DNA of 64,000 nucleotides from Azolla caroliniana (Eukaryota; Plantae; Polypodiophyta), in the NCBI GenBank assembly GCA_043228905.1, contig JBHGNT010000013.1, forward strand, positions 4,836,001-4,900,000. The letters are read 5' to 3'. The stretch's first letter is position 1; every line of letters starts with the position of its first letter. Under the pieces are notes generated by a model, which was given only the letters and a program-made list of their open reading frames with translations, had not been told where the DNA came from and ran no database searches. Shown here piece by piece: positions 63,081-64,000 of the stretch. The translations under genes and the position numbers were made by a program.

Positions 63081-63359
63081 ATCTCCATAGCCTCCGCTGC
63101 CTCAGAAACCCGCCATCGCCGCCGTTTCTTGCTTCCCCTCCTCTCCACACTTCTTTGTTCTGCTCTCCTCCACGCCCGCGCGGCTTCACACACAGATGTG
63201 ATTCGATCACGCCAATTCTCGGTGAATCTGTCTCTGCCAATTCTCGCAATCCTTACCCGATCTTCGTTCCGAATCCTCCAACCCTATCTACAATTTAACC
63301 TGCATTCTGCTCGCACACCTGAATCCCTTCTTCCGTCTTTTTGCTTCTTTTCTCCTGTC

Positions 63360-64000
63360 ATGGCGTCCCCTACTCCACATCTCCACCACGTTCCTGATTC
63401 CTCTCCGCAGACTGCTTCCGTTGTTGTTCTTCCGTCATCTTCTCCTCCACATACCGTCAAGGATTCAGAGCCGTCTATGGATTCTTCCTCTGCCTGTTCT
63501 TGCTCGGCGTCGGAAACGTCCTCCTCCAATGCCGACCAACGCCTCAATCAGAGATCAAGATGCAGGGAAACGGAGGCGCGAAATGGCGTACGAACAGGCA
63601 ATCCGAGAGGTGGACAAACAGAAAGAAATAATGGGACAGAGGACAGGAGGAAGGAGAAGACTCAAAGCGAAGGCAAGTGTAAGGTGAAGAAGGAGATTGA
63701 TGCTGATGATACCAAGGAGGTCTTAGGGATGCGAAGGTTCCATGGCAATTTATGTTTTAAATGCGCTGCTGGCTTTACTGCAGACTGTGCAGCTGTCTGT
63801 TGCTGCCCCCTGGCTTTGCTTCACCTTGCAGCTATGGCGTTCATCAGGCTCCCCTCTGCAATGGTGTGGAAGATGCTGCTAAATCTGAAGAACAAATCTT
63901 GTCTGAAGAAGAAGACGATGAAAAAGAAGAAAACCAAGCAGAAACAGAAGAAGGAAAGAACAGGAGAAATAGAAGAAGAAGAAGAAGAAGAAGTTAACGA
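63360..64000 (+). CDS. Host gene, partial: uncharacterised plant protein with an ADCAAVCCCP-type motif
   Basis: Manual translation is open from ATG 63360 to the window end: MASPTPHL...AGFTADCAAVCCCPLALLHLAAMAFIRLPSAMVWKMLLNLKNK followed by K-rich and E-rich tracts. I recognise the motif from a small land-plant protein family. The ORF track omits it because there is no stop in the window. Confidence 0.8.
   Translation, partial: MASPTPHLHHVPDSSPQTASVVVLPSSSPPHTVKDSEPSMDSSSACSCSASETSSSNADQRLNQRSRCRETEARNGVRTGNPRGGQTERNNGTEDRRKEKTQSEGKCKVKKEIDADDTKEVLGMRRFHGNLCFKCAAGFTADCAAVCCCPLALLHLAAMAFIRLPSAMVWKMLLNLKNKSCLKKKTMKKKKTKQKQKKERTGEIEEEEEEEVN

Overview
Eukaryotic, most likely a non-seed land plant (moss, lycophyte or fern; inferred from a Tcn1-like chromovirus, Met-primed Copia families and a plant-family gene at the end). 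Positions 1-54.8 kb are a densely nested LTR-retrotransposon island. It holds one young, nearly intact chromovirus (4633-10315), a decayed second copy, Trp-primed and Arg-primed non-chromoviral Ty3/Gypsy elements, several Ty1/Copia elements and solo LTRs. An L1-like LINE remnant, about 6 kb of AT-rich intergenic DNA and the 5' part of a host gene (63360 to the end) follow. Main signals: (1) tRNA-like Pol III A-box/B-box cassettes with tRNA-exact spacing in the LTRs of at least four otherwise dissimilar Gypsy families; (2) a large extra ORF (conserved N-domain, coiled coil, conserved C-domain) in three diverged Gypsy elements, lying after pol where pol survives; (3) Tf1-type 11-nt self-priming and a -1 frameshift signal in the chromovirus; (4) a -1 slippery site between protease and RT in the Trp-primed family, plus 4-bp ACRT target duplications at two related solo LTRs. 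All calls were made by eye, and lineage names need database confirmation.
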